64,000 bases of DNA from Chlorobiota bacterium (lineage in GTDB: Bacteria; Bacteroidota; Ignavibacteria; Kapaibacteriales; UBA2268), in assembly GCA_046290495.1 (NCBI GenBank), contig JBKAGT010000005.1, forward strand, positions 1,602,270-1,666,269, read 5' to 3'. Below are positions 38,456 to 49,200 of this stretch, piece after piece. The stretch's first letter is position 1; each line of letters starts with the position of its first letter. The translations under genes were made by a program, and so were the position numbers. Below the pieces are notes generated by a model. That model was not told the origin of the DNA. It made no database searches and was given only the letters and a program-made list of their open reading frames with translations.

Positions 38456-40234
38456 TTAATACCTATAGCCAAGACCTAGTCCTATTTGATAAAGCTCATC
38501 AATCTCACCAAACCCAAGTAAAAATTGCATGTCAAGCCATATTCTAGAACTATAAATCTCTACAGCATGACCAAAATTAACTGCAAAATCGGTATCAAAG
38601 CTGTTGTCATAGCCACCTATACCAAAATAAGAATATGAATCAACTTCTCCGTAAGCATCACCTGGCATTTGTGAAACATACTCAAATGACCATTGACGAG
38701 CTAGGACATTCCTAACATCTGTTACATTATATCTAGCTCTCATATTATAAGCGAACAAACCTAATTTTATAGGTGTAGACTCAGCATCTTCAAACTTTAA
38801 ACCCTGATTACTAAATGATGTGTTATCATTTTCAACTATCTGAGTAGCTACAACCCCAAAACTCAAAAGAACTTTCAATTCATTTATTGGTTCTATCTCC
38901 AATTCGATATTAGATACTGTAGAAGTAACATCACTTTCTCCAGTTATACCCTGTACACTTATATAATTATTGAAAGTAACCGCTAATGGAATCTCATTGA
39001 CTAGTGCATCATACTTCTTATACTTAGAGTGTTCCCATGTCGGATTTACTAATGACTCACGCAAATATCTAGGAGTAGATCCGTATCTGATATAACTTTC
39101 GAACTCTTCTCTTCTCACATAACTAGCTATTGCGTAGATTGAATAATTTGCTACCCTGTCTCTCCATCTATAACATGCAATATCATCAGCATCTGCAAGA
39201 CTATATATCTTGTATTTAATATTTGAATTTATCTCATCTGCAAAATCTTCACCAGAAGCATCTTGACGTGCTATTTCCCAATGATATTGAAACTCTTCTA
39301 TTAACTTATCGGCTTTTTCTTCATCCATTTCAGTGTCAAATTCACAGTGTAACTCGGCTTTTTTGAAAAGATAATTAACCAAATAATATCTAGCTATTGC
39401 ATAGTCTGGCTCTAATTCTACAGCTTTCGTTATCATATCAATCGCTTTATCAACATGTTCCATTTTCTGTACAGAATCCTCAGTCTCATTAATCTTTATA
39501 TATTCTGCATCGGCAAAACACATTTGCTTATAAACTTCATAGTTATCTGTACCAATAGCTCTCTTAAGAGGAATCTCATTGCTTTCTGCATCTTCTAGTG
39601 CTTTAACCAAGTGTTCACGATTTCGCAAGAAACCAGTAGATTCTACATTGAGCCCAACCAACTTAGCGTAGACTTGCCCAACTATATCACCTTTATAATT
39701 TATAGCCGGCCCTCCACTATTTCCAGGGTTAATTGGAGCTGTTGTCATCAGTGAACTATCTTTGGTGCTACTACTTAGAATTCCTGATGTAACTTTTATC
39801 TCATCATCATTCAGATCTGACCCAGGGAATCCCATTATTAAAACTTCATCCCCTTGGTTTATACTTGCGTCCTTGTTCATTTTTAGTGTAGGTAAATTGA
39901 GGTCTTCGGTTTTTAATATGGCAATATCAAGATCTTCATCTTCCCATATTACATAGGCTGCACTTGTATCTGGTTTATCTGTGTCTGTTCTACCTACTAC
40001 ATACAAACCCATAGCATCTTCTACTACATGATGATTAGTAAATATCCATCCTTTGTCGTTAACGGCAAATCCTGACCCAGTTGAATAATAGTAACTATTA
40101 CCTGCTCCAGGAACTTGCATATTATAGATTCTCACTACTGCGTCTTTATTTTTTTCAAACGCTTCAATTTTCGTTTGTGAGAATAGAAGTTGTTGGCTTA
40201 ATAATACTAATGATAATATTAGAGTTAATTTCAT
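38456..40234 (-). CDS. secreted trypsin-like (S1C/DegP-type) serine protease fused to helical middle region and beta-barrel-like C-terminus
   Basis: 592 aa with signal peptide. Catalytic triad contexts are intact: FTNHHVV (His), DLDIAILK (Asp), GNSGGP (Ser). The C-terminal ~180 aa show an alternating hydrophobic pattern and end in GLGLGYRY. Confidence 0.75.
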   Translation of the reverse strand: MKLTLILSLVLLSQQLLFSQTKIEAFEKNKDAVVRIYNMQVPGAGNSYYYSTGSGFAVNDKGWIFTNHHVVEDAMGLYVVGRTDTDKPDTSAAYVIWEDEDLDIAILKTEDLNLPTLKMNKDASINQGDEVLIMGFPGSDLNDDEIKVTSGILSSSTKDSSLMTTAPINPGNSGGPAINYKGDIVGQVYAKLVGLNVESTGFLRNREHLVKALEDAESNEIPLKRAIGTDNYEVYKQMCFADAEYIKINETEDSVQKMEHVDKAIDMITKAVELEPDYAIARYYLVNYLFKKAELHCEFDTEMDEEKADKLIEEFQYHWEIARQDASGEDFADEINSNIKYKIYSLADADDIACYRWRDRVANYSIYAIASYVRREEFESYIRYGSTPRYLRESLVNPTWEHSKYKKYDALVNEIPLAVTFNNYISVQGITGESDVTSTVSNIELEIEPINELKVLLSFGVVATQIVENDNTSFSNQGLKFEDAESTPIKLGLFAYNMRARYNVTDVRNVLARQWSFEYVSQMPGDAYGEVDSYSYFGIGGYDNSFDTDFAVNFGHAVEIYSSRIWLDMQFLLGFGEIDELYQIGLGLGYRY

Positions 40235-40254
40235 GCTTATTGCTCAATTTAATT

Positions 40255-42093
40255 TTAATAATACGCTTCTAAACCTAAATTTAAGGTTTTAATATTGTTA
40301 GGGTTGTCAGTTAAAGATAGCTTACTCAAAAAGTAGTAGTTTTTATAAAATCTTATTCCTAGGCCGATACCAAACATAGATGTTTCTTCATCGGATAAAT
40401 ATACTTCATTACTATAACTAACTGTATTAACTCCACCTAAAACACTTACACCCATTGTAATATAGTAGTCTGTTAATCCATCTATATCATTTGGTCTGTT
40501 TAAAACCATATTAAAATCTATTAGTTTACTATAGTATAATTTATCAGAAGTTAGGTAGAAATTAGCTTCAAAAATTCCATACATAGTCAAACCAATTATT
40601 AGACTTTGCTCATTTCTATAAGCATCTGATTCTATTTCCTCCTCTTCTAGCAAGATACTTGGTAAAGGTCTTTGATAATTTTGAAATCCTAATCGAATAC
40701 CATAACCACCTATACTATAGCCAACTAGAAAGTAATTACTAATTGGAATAACATTTTTATTATCTCTATAAGGGTCAGTCATTAGTTCAGTAGAATTCGA
40801 TATAGTAATTGGACCTGGCAACCAAAAACTCCCAATTGACTCAAGACGAGTTCTTTCTTGTAACCCAACGGATCTTCTTTTGTTTTTAAAAGCTCCTATG
40901 GCATCATCTAGTTCTCGTGGTGTGGTCCCGTAATTTAACCATTGATTGAAATCCTTTGATCTTTCTTCTTTTTCATCATATTGTTCTATGAAATATTCCC
41001 AAGATCTTCTGAAGTAGTCTGTGTAAAAATCATAGTAATTAAATTTCTCATCCCCACTTCGTTTCAATTTGAAAAACACACTAGCATTTAGGCTTGCGTA
41101 TTTTATTCTCTCTTGATAATTTGAATCAGCTAACTCATATGCGTCATTAAGATAATTACTATATAACGTCGAGTATTGAGAAATATCACCACCATTTAAC
41201 TCTACAGCATCTACATATATCTTTAGTAAGTGAGCGTAAGCCAAGTTAAAGTATGTCCTTGGATTTTTCTCAAAACTCTCTGATTTTTCATTGAGTGAAA
41301 TATATTCTTCTAACCCCTCTTCTATTTCGCTAGCATCTCGTGGTTCCAAATCTTTGTAGATTTTTGTTGCTGCTTCTGCGAACTTCTTATAAGCTGATAA
41401 GTTTTCGTGGTATTGGTAATCTGTATCGTTTGTGTCTAATTGATAAGTTTCTGAGTTAGAACTATCTATCAAGCTATTAATAAATTCGTTTCTTACAAAG
41501 AAGCCTGTTTTTTCATATTCGGGTTTGTCTTTACCTGTTATTAGACCTATTAACTTACCATCCATATTAAGTGCAGCACCACCTTCCATACCGTAGTTGA
41601 GCGGAGCTGATGTTTGGACCACTGTATCTCTAATAGAGCTACTTACTATACCTTCTGTTATTACATAGTTAGAAGTTTTCATTCTATCTGCCAACCAACC
41701 AATCAGTACTATATCTTGTGCCTGCCTTATTGGCTCTTCTGTTAATTTAATTGGTTCGAATGTTGGATTCTCGGTCTTTAATAAACAAAGATTGCGAAGT
41801 GTATCAGTAGCTATCACCCAAGCTGGTGTTGGTACAGAATCATTAGCTTTATATATCGAAATGGCTTCAGCTTTAGGTAAGTTTTTTAGAGCAGTGACAA
41901 TTAGTGAACCATCACCTAATGCAAATCCACTTGATTCATAATAAGTTGGTGAAAATGTAAAACTCTGAGAATAATTATACCTAATCTTTAGAATCGAATT
42001 AGAGTAATCTGTAACAAATTTTTCAAGCTTATTTTTTGATTGAGCTGAGAATGATAGTACTAGTAAAAAAAAGAAAGTCGTTATATATTTCAT
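40255..42093 (-). CDS. catalytically dead paralog of the adjacent trypsin-like protease (pseudoprotease) with the same architecture
   Basis: 612 aa with signal peptide. Aligned triad positions are all replaced: VTALKNL (His lost), RNLCLLK (Asp to Asn), YGMEGGA (Ser to Glu). The C-terminus ends in NLGLEAYY. Confidence 0.65.
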   Translation of the reverse strand: MKYITTFFFLLVLSFSAQSKNKLEKFVTDYSNSILKIRYNYSQSFTFSPTYYESSGFALGDGSLIVTALKNLPKAEAISIYKANDSVPTPAWVIATDTLRNLCLLKTENPTFEPIKLTEEPIRQAQDIVLIGWLADRMKTSNYVITEGIVSSSIRDTVVQTSAPLNYGMEGGAALNMDGKLIGLITGKDKPEYEKTGFFVRNEFINSLIDSSNSETYQLDTNDTDYQYHENLSAYKKFAEAATKIYKDLEPRDASEIEEGLEEYISLNEKSESFEKNPRTYFNLAYAHLLKIYVDAVELNGGDISQYSTLYSNYLNDAYELADSNYQERIKYASLNASVFFKLKRSGDEKFNYYDFYTDYFRRSWEYFIEQYDEKEERSKDFNQWLNYGTTPRELDDAIGAFKNKRRSVGLQERTRLESIGSFWLPGPITISNSTELMTDPYRDNKNVIPISNYFLVGYSIGGYGIRLGFQNYQRPLPSILLEEEEIESDAYRNEQSLIIGLTMYGIFEANFYLTSDKLYYSKLIDFNMVLNRPNDIDGLTDYYITMGVSVLGGVNTVSYSNEVYLSDEETSMFGIGLGIRFYKNYYFLSKLSLTDNPNNIKTLNLGLEAYY

Positions 42094-42224
42094 AAAGTCA
42101 AAATGTTAATTTTTGAAAAATAAAAATTTAAATAGTAACAAAAAAACTCAATTTTAAACAACATCAATTTTGTTAAAAGGAAACAACTTAGAAAAATTTT
42201 AAACTTCGAAAAATAATTTTGTTG

Positions 42225-43463
42225 TTACCGTACAATTATTTTGGCTGAATTGATTTTATCATCTATTGAGTAAACCACTATATGAAGCCCAGGTGGCAAG
42301 TAATAAGCATTATCAATCTTGTATTTGTAGTCCACTCTTCTTCCCATGTAATCTGTGATGTATAGTAGCTTCGCATTGCCAATTAAGCTAAACTTATTAT
42401 TAAGCAATAGCACATTCTTATTGCCTACTTGTGAATAACCCTCCCTGTTAAACACCTTATAGATGGTAGAGTTGTTCGATGCTATATAGAAGACATTTTC
42501 TTTATAATCACTTGTAAAATTATTGATTCCAATTTCAAGGTCTATTGGTTCTATATCCCTGTAAGAAACTATTAAACTAAGACTATCTGGATTAATGCAG
42601 TATAAATAGCCATCCTTTGTAAATACAAATAATGTGCTATCTTGGACTGTTGCATGAGTAATTGATTTATCAGTATATAGCCCTTCTGTATAAGTATAAA
42701 GTGTATGGCTAATACTCTCACGAAATGTGAGCCCATTTATACCTGACAGGTTTTGCCCAGTCCTTATTGCACCGATTGGAGATGAATATAGTTTCAAATA
42801 CTTAGCCATATTCCTTTCAATATAGTCTTTAGTTGCATCGATATAATAATGCTTATTTTTGATAACAGTTTCACCATTGAAAGAAAATTCAGGGAGATAA
42901 TATTCATAATAATCAGTACCTCTGAAGTAATAATCATAGATAAGACTATAACCACCTCCGAATATATATACTGAATCTTGGAAAATTATACTACTCTGTT
43001 CTATCTCACTCAGGGTACTAATTTTTTCATAGTCCATATCTGTAGCTTCGTGGTAGAACCCAAGTTCCTTATTTGTAAGTGTCAGATAATCTATAGCATC
43101 TTTTGCCGCCATAGTTACCAAATCTAAATCCGTATCTACACTTTCGTCTATCCACGTTGCCCCATAGTCCATAGTTCTATATACCAATCCCGAATCACCG
43201 ATAGCAAATACTGTATGCGGGTCTTTGGAGTAGAGTTGGTTCAGCTTGGTGCTGCTCTCTAGGGCTATATCCCAGCTGGCTCCATCATCGGTGGAGTGGT
43301 ATATGCTATTTCCTGAGCGAGCAATGATTGTAGCGCCATAGCCATAGACCTCGTCTATGTTCAAGCTGTCATAGGGCAGAACAATAGGGGTGAGTTCTAT
43401 TTGCTTATCGGCAAATAGCTGAGTAGTAAATATGATTATGAGTATTATTATATGCTTTTTCAT
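42225..43463 (-). CDS. array family A member 5: secreted Asp-box/BNR-like propeller protein with T9SS-CTD-like tail
   Basis: 412 aa with signal peptide. Invariant N-module DKQIELTPIVLPYDSLNIDEVYGYGATIIARSGNSIYHSTDDGASWD...YRTMDYGATW. Diverged middle. Tail LLYITDYMGRRV...GLHIVVYSIDDKINSAKIIVR resembles a T9SS CTD without the PNP motif. Confidence 0.7.
   Translation of the reverse strand: MKKHIIILIIIFTTQLFADKQIELTPIVLPYDSLNIDEVYGYGATIIARSGNSIYHSTDDGASWDIALESSTKLNQLYSKDPHTVFAIGDSGLVYRTMDYGATWIDESVDTDLDLVTMAAKDAIDYLTLTNKELGFYHEATDMDYEKISTLSEIEQSSIIFQDSVYIFGGGYSLIYDYYFRGTDYYEYYLPEFSFNGETVIKNKHYYIDATKDYIERNMAKYLKLYSSPIGAIRTGQNLSGINGLTFRESISHTLYTYTEGLYTDKSITHATVQDSTLFVFTKDGYLYCINPDSLSLIVSYRDIEPIDLEIGINNFTSDYKENVFYIASNNSTIYKVFNREGYSQVGNKNVLLLNNKFSLIGNAKLLYITDYMGRRVDYKYKIDNAYYLPPGLHIVVYSIDDKINSAKIIVR
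43081..43175. repeat. 95-nt perfect-identity tract shared by A5 and A4 (other copy at 45951..46045)
   Basis: gtcagataatctatagcatcttttgccgccatagttaccaaatc...ccatagtccatagt is identical in both genes. Flanking coding sequence differs at many synonymous sites. Confidence 0.85.
43183..43322. repeat. 140-nt perfect-identity tract shared by A5 and A1 (other copy at 53046..53185)
   Basis: accaatcccgaatcaccgatagcaaatactgtatgcgggtc...tttcctgagcgagc is identical between the first and last array genes, ~9.9 kb apart. A2, A3 and A4 differ at numerous positions in the same stretch. Confidence 0.85.
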
Positions 43464-45071
43464 CTACTCAGAAACAATAACTTTCTTTGGCTGAACAAAT
43501 ATACTATACTCCTCATTCTCATCGAATGCTGTTAGTGATACGCTGTACTCCCCAGGTATAGTGTAGGTATGAGCTGGTTCCATTTCATAGCTGTATGTAC
43601 CATCACCGAAGTTCCAGATGTACCTCACCGCATTTTCTGAGGAGTAATTCTTGAACTGAACGGTAAATGGTGCTTGACCACTGAATTCACTAAAGTCAAA
43701 AGATGCTTTCAATTTCTGAGTTACTTCCACTTGCTTTGTTATAGTGTCCATATTTCCATATTCATCTGTTACAATTAGCTCAACTTCGTAATTCCCAGCT
43801 GAAGCAAATTTGTGCACTGGATGCCTTTCTGAAGATGTATTACCATCACCAAAGTCCCATTCCCACTCAGTCACTGCACCAAATGATTCATCTGAAAATT
43901 GAAGCTCATAATTTGCTGTATTTTTAAAACTGAAATCTGATTTTAACGAATCTGTTTCAAACACACTCAAATCATGCTTATAAAGATAACCACCATGACC
44001 TACAGAAAGCGTATATCCATCGCCAGTATTCATTACAAATCTTCCTAGATAGGGGGCAATCACTTTTTCATTCTTTATCAAATTTTTCGATGGGTAGTGT
44101 ATTGACATTATCTTTGTGCTATCACCATTTACACCAAAAGCCACATTCACGGTGTTTCTTCCTTCATCCCAATAAGCGCCTATTAGGTTTTCATAACCCT
44201 GTGTTGGGTGGATTGCATATCTTTCATGGATATTAAAATTATACAAAACTACTGTGTCCTTATACATAGTTACGCAAATGGAATCATTTATTATTTCTTT
44301 GAACCAACTTGATTCATCAATATAAATTTCACCTGTTTGTTGGAATCCATTTTCATTATTTAGATAGAAATTGTGTGTATCAGCTTTATCATAAGTCCTA
44401 GCTTCCTGATACGTTATATTGTCATTTGAATAAATAAAAATACTGTCGTTATTATGAGTAATCATTGAATTTAGATTCAAAATCTTCACATCTGCCACAC
44501 TTTTTTGGTTAGTATTTATCAGCTCCCTTCGCTGAAACCATATCTTATCCCTGCGACTTATATCAGCAAGAAAAATTTGAGCTAGAAATGTACTATCGCT
44601 CAAACTGTAAAAATTATTTTTAGAGTTATTATCATGATATGTGAAATCACGAGTGTTTACCCAATGCATTAGAGTGTCAAATTTGTTCGACTTTTTAGTA
44701 ATAATAAAGTTTGTGTCATTCGTATAATTTCCGAACTCCATTACAACAATTTTGGCCGTATCAGAAATAGACAAATCCCACATACCATACTCAGGTATAT
44801 TATCCGAATTGGTATTTTCTTGATTTATTATTCTTATAGCATTACCATTATTTTTATCGATAATCACTCCATAGTATCTATACTTCCAAAGCACTACATC
44901 ACTATAATCACGAAGGAAACCATCTTTAGATGCATTGATATCAGAGATAAAAAAATCATTATTCTGTTTCCATTCTGTATTGACTTCTTCTATCTTAATA
45001 TCATCCCATATTGGCACAGCATGTGTGAAATAGCAAATTGCAAAGAACAAGAATATCATCACATTTCTCAT
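43464..45071 (-). CDS. array family B member 3: secreted protein with variable N-terminal domain and two C-terminal PKD domains
   Basis: 535 aa with signal peptide. PKD signatures WEWDFGDGNTS...HKFASAGNYEVELIVTD and YIWNFGDGTYS...HTYTIPGEYSVSLTAFD. The stop TAG abuts the next ATG, and the start overlaps the upstream stop (ATGA). Confidence 0.75.
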   Translation of the reverse strand: MRNVMIFLFFAICYFTHAVPIWDDIKIEEVNTEWKQNNDFFISDINASKDGFLRDYSDVVLWKYRYYGVIIDKNNGNAIRIINQENTNSDNIPEYGMWDLSISDTAKIVVMEFGNYTNDTNFIITKKSNKFDTLMHWVNTRDFTYHDNNSKNNFYSLSDSTFLAQIFLADISRRDKIWFQRRELINTNQKSVADVKILNLNSMITHNNDSIFIYSNDNITYQEARTYDKADTHNFYLNNENGFQQTGEIYIDESSWFKEIINDSICVTMYKDTVVLYNFNIHERYAIHPTQGYENLIGAYWDEGRNTVNVAFGVNGDSTKIMSIHYPSKNLIKNEKVIAPYLGRFVMNTGDGYTLSVGHGGYLYKHDLSVFETDSLKSDFSFKNTANYELQFSDESFGAVTEWEWDFGDGNTSSERHPVHKFASAGNYEVELIVTDEYGNMDTITKQVEVTQKLKASFDFSEFSGQAPFTVQFKNYSSENAVRYIWNFGDGTYSYEMEPAHTYTIPGEYSVSLTAFDENEEYSIFVQPKKVIVSE

Positions 45072-46333
45072 TTTACCACCATCACTTTTATTGTTCTCAA
45101 CCTATTATCCTTGTCTTTGTACGTTATAAAATTCAATCCCAATTCTAGTTGATATGTATTTGCTCTTATCATATTAGCTTTTATTTTTCTACCCATATAA
45201 TCAGTTATATGAAGTAGTTTTGACCTATTACTTAACTCTAATTTCCTTCCGGATATGTTTACAGAGTTATCTGTTTCTAACTCAACAGATGAAGGTAAAT
45301 TTACTAACTTGGCTTTATATATAATGGAATTATCAGATGCAATGTAATATTCGTTTGTTCTTAAATTAGAAATGAAATTAATAGCGTCTATGTCAAATTT
45401 AACAGGCTCTAGATATTTTTCAGAAACCACTTCATCTTCAATATCTTTAGGGTTTAATATAAAGAGGTTCCCTTCCTCAGTAAAGACAAATAAAGAGTCA
45501 TTTTGCACTGTAGCGTAAGTTATTATATTATTATGAAGATATAGCCCATTTACATACAAGTAAAGAGCATGCCCTATATAATAACTAAACACCAGACCAG
45601 AGTGACCTTTACCCTCTAATCTTCCTGATTTAATAAGACCTAAAGGTGAATTAAAATACCTAATTTCATCAATTAGATAATTTTCTATATAATCAGCAGG
45701 AATGGTTTCAAAACGGTGAGAATCAATCCTTTTTACTGATTTACCATCGAAAGTGAAATCTGGTAGATAATAATTATAGTAATCTTTACCTGCAAACGTT
45801 TCTGCATATTTATAACTGTAACTACCACCAAATATATAAATTGAATCTTGGTAAAGAGCACTACTTATTTTTGTATTGCTTTCATTACTTATTCTCTCAT
45901 ACTTACTTTCTATTCGTTCCCTATGAAAACCTATACAATAGGAAGTTAGAGTCAGATAATCTATAGCATCTTTTGCCGCCATAGTTACCAAATCTAAATC
46001 CGTATCTACACTTTCGTCTATCCACGTTGCCCCATAGTCCATAGTCCTATACACCAACCCCGAATCACCAATAACAAATACTGTATGAGGATTTTTGGAG
46101 TATAGCTGATTCAACTTAGTAGAACTCTCTAAAGCGATATCCCAACTGGCTCCATCATCGGTAGAGTGGTAAATTGTATTTCCTGAGCGAGCGATTATAG
46201 TAGCTCCATAGCCATAGACCTCATCTATATTCAAGCTGTCATACGGCAGCACAATAGGGGTAAGCTCTATTTGCTTCTCGGCATATAGTTGAGTAGTAGC
46301 TATGATTAATAATATAATTGTAAGGTTTCTCAT
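45068..46333 (-). CDS. array family A member 4
   Basis: 421 aa with the same N-module as the other A members and a CTD-like tail (LLHITDYMGRKI...LNFITYKDKDNRLRTIKVMVVK). Confidence 0.7.
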   Translation of the reverse strand: MRNLTIILLIIATTQLYAEKQIELTPIVLPYDSLNIDEVYGYGATIIARSGNTIYHSTDDGASWDIALESSTKLNQLYSKNPHTVFVIGDSGLVYRTMDYGATWIDESVDTDLDLVTMAAKDAIDYLTLTSYCIGFHRERIESKYERISNESNTKISSALYQDSIYIFGGSYSYKYAETFAGKDYYNYYLPDFTFDGKSVKRIDSHRFETIPADYIENYLIDEIRYFNSPLGLIKSGRLEGKGHSGLVFSYYIGHALYLYVNGLYLHNNIITYATVQNDSLFVFTEEGNLFILNPKDIEDEVVSEKYLEPVKFDIDAINFISNLRTNEYYIASDNSIIYKAKLVNLPSSVELETDNSVNISGRKLELSNRSKLLHITDYMGRKIKANMIRANTYQLELGLNFITYKDKDNRLRTIKVMVVK

Positions 46334-47950
46334 CTATTCTGTTACCACAACATTCTTTGACTGAACAATGGTATGGAACTTCTCATTCTCATCAAACACT
46401 GTTAGTGAAATGCTATATTTCCCTGGTATAGAGTAGGTATGAGCTGGCTCCATCTCATAGCTATATGTTCCATCGCCGAAGTTCCAGATATACCTCACAG
46501 CATTATCTGATGAGTAGTTTTTGAATTGAACGGTAAATGGAGCTTGACCGCTGAACACACCAAAGTCAAAAGACGCTTTCAATTTCTGGGTCACTTTCAC
46601 TTGCTTTGTTATAGAGTCTTTATTTCCATATTCATCAGTAACTATTAGTTCAACATCATAATTCCCAGCTGAAGCAAATTTGTGCCCTGGGTGCCGTTCA
46701 GTCGACACACCTCCATCACCGAAATTCCATCGCCAGTCAGTCACTGCACCAAATGATTCGTCTGTGAAATGCAGCTCATAATTGGCTGTGTTCTTATAAC
46801 TAAAATCTGCAGTAAGAGAGTCTGTTTTGAATACACTCAAATCATGTTTATACAATAATCCATCTTGCCCAACTGATAGTGTATAGCCATCGCCAGTATT
46901 CATTACAAATCTACCGAGGTATGGGGCGACTACTCTCTCTCTTTTGACAACATTTTTTGAAGGATAGTGAATAGACATAATATTACAACTGTCACCTTCT
47001 CGTACAAATGCTACATCGACAGTTTTTTTATCTTCACTCCAATAAATTCCTATCGGGGTTTCATTACCATTTGTTGGATGTTTTGTGTACGTGTTTTTAT
47101 TGTTATGGTCATAAAGGACTAAAGTATCTTTATACATTAGGGCTAGCACAGAGTCATTGATTAACTCTGTAAACAAGCTAGATTCACCAGTTGTAAGTCT
47201 TACCTTTCGCTCAAATGTAGAGTTAGTGTAAGTCATTATGTCAATAGAGTTTTCGTTATTATATTTACCTTCATGATCATACACTATATTATTATCTGTG
47301 AAAACAAACAAGTCTTTACTTATATTTGTTCTTAACCCCAACAAATTTATTTCATTCATATGTCTTATTCTAATGCTGTCTGGCTTAGTTAAATCTATAA
47401 AATTTTTTGCTGTTACTCTCCAATCGTACGAACCATCTATTCTAATGTGATCATGCTGATCCAAAAACTGTTCATCTGTCAATGCATAGAAAAAGGGATT
47501 AGCATCTGAATCCGGAAATAAATCTCTCCCATCAGTAACCCACGTAAAGAGTGTTTCTGACTCATTATTTTTGTAAGCAATAATTGAATTTGTATGCCCG
47601 GTACGATGACCATATTCTATGGCTATTATCTTTGAACTGTCCGTTGGCGATAAATCCCAGTTCATATGGTAAAAAAAACCAGGAACAGAAACTGGATTTT
47701 GTTCTATTTTTTTAAAAACATTACCCGTTTCTTTATCTATAAACCAACCCCAAAATTGATATTTCCAAAAGATGTAATTTCCATAGTCTCTGGGCACACC
47801 ATAGCCATGGATATTGACATCAGATTTGAAATAATCATCAATTTCAGTCCAATTGGTTTCAACTGATATCTTATGAATATCATCAATCATTTCATATCCC
47901 AATACAGAGCTGTAGCTGATAAGTATTATATTTAACAATAAGTATTTCAT
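46334..47950 (-). CDS. array family B member 2 (variable N-terminal domain + 2 PKD)
   Basis: 538 aa. The C-terminal ~215 aa are close to member 3. The N-terminal ~320 aa are only distantly similar. Confidence 0.75.
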   Translation of the reverse strand: MKYLLLNIILISYSSVLGYEMIDDIHKISVETNWTEIDDYFKSDVNIHGYGVPRDYGNYIFWKYQFWGWFIDKETGNVFKKIEQNPVSVPGFFYHMNWDLSPTDSSKIIAIEYGHRTGHTNSIIAYKNNESETLFTWVTDGRDLFPDSDANPFFYALTDEQFLDQHDHIRIDGSYDWRVTAKNFIDLTKPDSIRIRHMNEINLLGLRTNISKDLFVFTDNNIVYDHEGKYNNENSIDIMTYTNSTFERKVRLTTGESSLFTELINDSVLALMYKDTLVLYDHNNKNTYTKHPTNGNETPIGIYWSEDKKTVDVAFVREGDSCNIMSIHYPSKNVVKRERVVAPYLGRFVMNTGDGYTLSVGQDGLLYKHDLSVFKTDSLTADFSYKNTANYELHFTDESFGAVTDWRWNFGDGGVSTERHPGHKFASAGNYDVELIVTDEYGNKDSITKQVKVTQKLKASFDFGVFSGQAPFTVQFKNYSSDNAVRYIWNFGDGTYSYEMEPAHTYSIPGKYSISLTVFDENEKFHTIVQSKNVVVTE

Positions 47951-49200
47951 TCTATCACCATCACTTTTATTGTTCTTATATTATAGTCCTTATCAGAGAA
48001 AGTGACAAAATTCAGCCCTCTTTCTAAGATATATTTATTACTACCAACCTTAATCAATTCTTTTTGCTTTCCTAAGTAATCTGTTATAAAAATTAGTTCC
48101 GTATTATTTATCAGTTCTATCTCATTGTTGTATAAAAGAATCGAGTTGTTAGATTCCATTTCTACTGATGTTGGTAACTCTGCCAGCTTAGTCCTATATA
48201 TTGTTGAGTTGTTTGATGCAACGTAATAGTCATCACTTCCTATTGTATGTACATTATTGATTGGTGAAACACCTAAATTATAATGAGGTAAATATTCGTA
48301 ATCATTTTGATTTTCAAAGTTTTCTAAGGTATTCTGCACTAAATAGCCCTCTCTTGTGAAAATATTAACTGTGGAATCATTTTTGTTTACATAAATAACT
48401 CTTTGGTTAGGAAGTGTAACACCTGGAATTTTGAAATCAAAAATTTCTCCCCATCTACTGTTAATCATAATTGCTCCTACACCGCGGTTTACAACCGAAT
48501 AATATAATTTATTTTCGAGACTAAATATTAATAATGAATCCGTATTGTATCCATCTCTTTTTTCGGATAATCCATCTTTGGCATCTGCAAGATGTTTTGA
48601 TATTCTCTCTCCATCATAACTATAATAATAAAGTCTAAAATTATACCATCTATCATCGAACATATTATAATATTCATATAAATAGTATCTACCTCCAAAG
48701 AAATACTTTTGTTCATTTTTAACAATCGATAATAATTCAACATCATTCTCATTTGTCAAAGTAATAACCTCTTCTCCTAATTCTTTTGCTCTGAATTGAA
48801 ATCTTCGCGGCGTTATAATCATATACTCCGAATAATCACCCGCAGACATGGCTCTTAGTTCCAAATCCGTATCAATACTCACATCTACCCAACTAGCCCC
48901 ATAGTCAAAAGTACGATACACCAACCCCGAATCACCTATAGCAAATACTGTATGCGGGTCTTTGGAGTAAAGTTGGTTCAGCTTGGTGTTGCTCTCCAGT
49001 GCTATGTCCCAGCTGGCTCCATCATCCGTGGAGTGGTATATAGTATTTCCAGAGCGAGCGATGATAGTAGTTCCATAGCCATAGACCTCATCTATATTCA
49101 AGCTATAGTACGGCAGCACAATAGGGGTGAGCTCTATTTGCTTTTCGGCATATAGCTGAATTGTAGCTATGACTAATAATATAATTGTAAGGTTTCTCAT
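47947..49200 (-). CDS. array family A member 3
   Basis: 417 aa with conserved N-module, unique middle and CTD-like tail (LIFITDYLGKQK...LNFVTFSDKDYNIRTIKVMVIE). Confidence 0.7.
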   Translation of the reverse strand: MRNLTIILLVIATIQLYAEKQIELTPIVLPYYSLNIDEVYGYGTTIIARSGNTIYHSTDDGASWDIALESNTKLNQLYSKDPHTVFAIGDSGLVYRTFDYGASWVDVSIDTDLELRAMSAGDYSEYMIITPRRFQFRAKELGEEVITLTNENDVELLSIVKNEQKYFFGGRYYLYEYYNMFDDRWYNFRLYYYSYDGERISKHLADAKDGLSEKRDGYNTDSLLIFSLENKLYYSVVNRGVGAIMINSRWGEIFDFKIPGVTLPNQRVIYVNKNDSTVNIFTREGYLVQNTLENFENQNDYEYLPHYNLGVSPINNVHTIGSDDYYVASNNSTIYRTKLAELPTSVEMESNNSILLYNNEIELINNTELIFITDYLGKQKELIKVGSNKYILERGLNFVTFSDKDYNIRTIKVMVIE

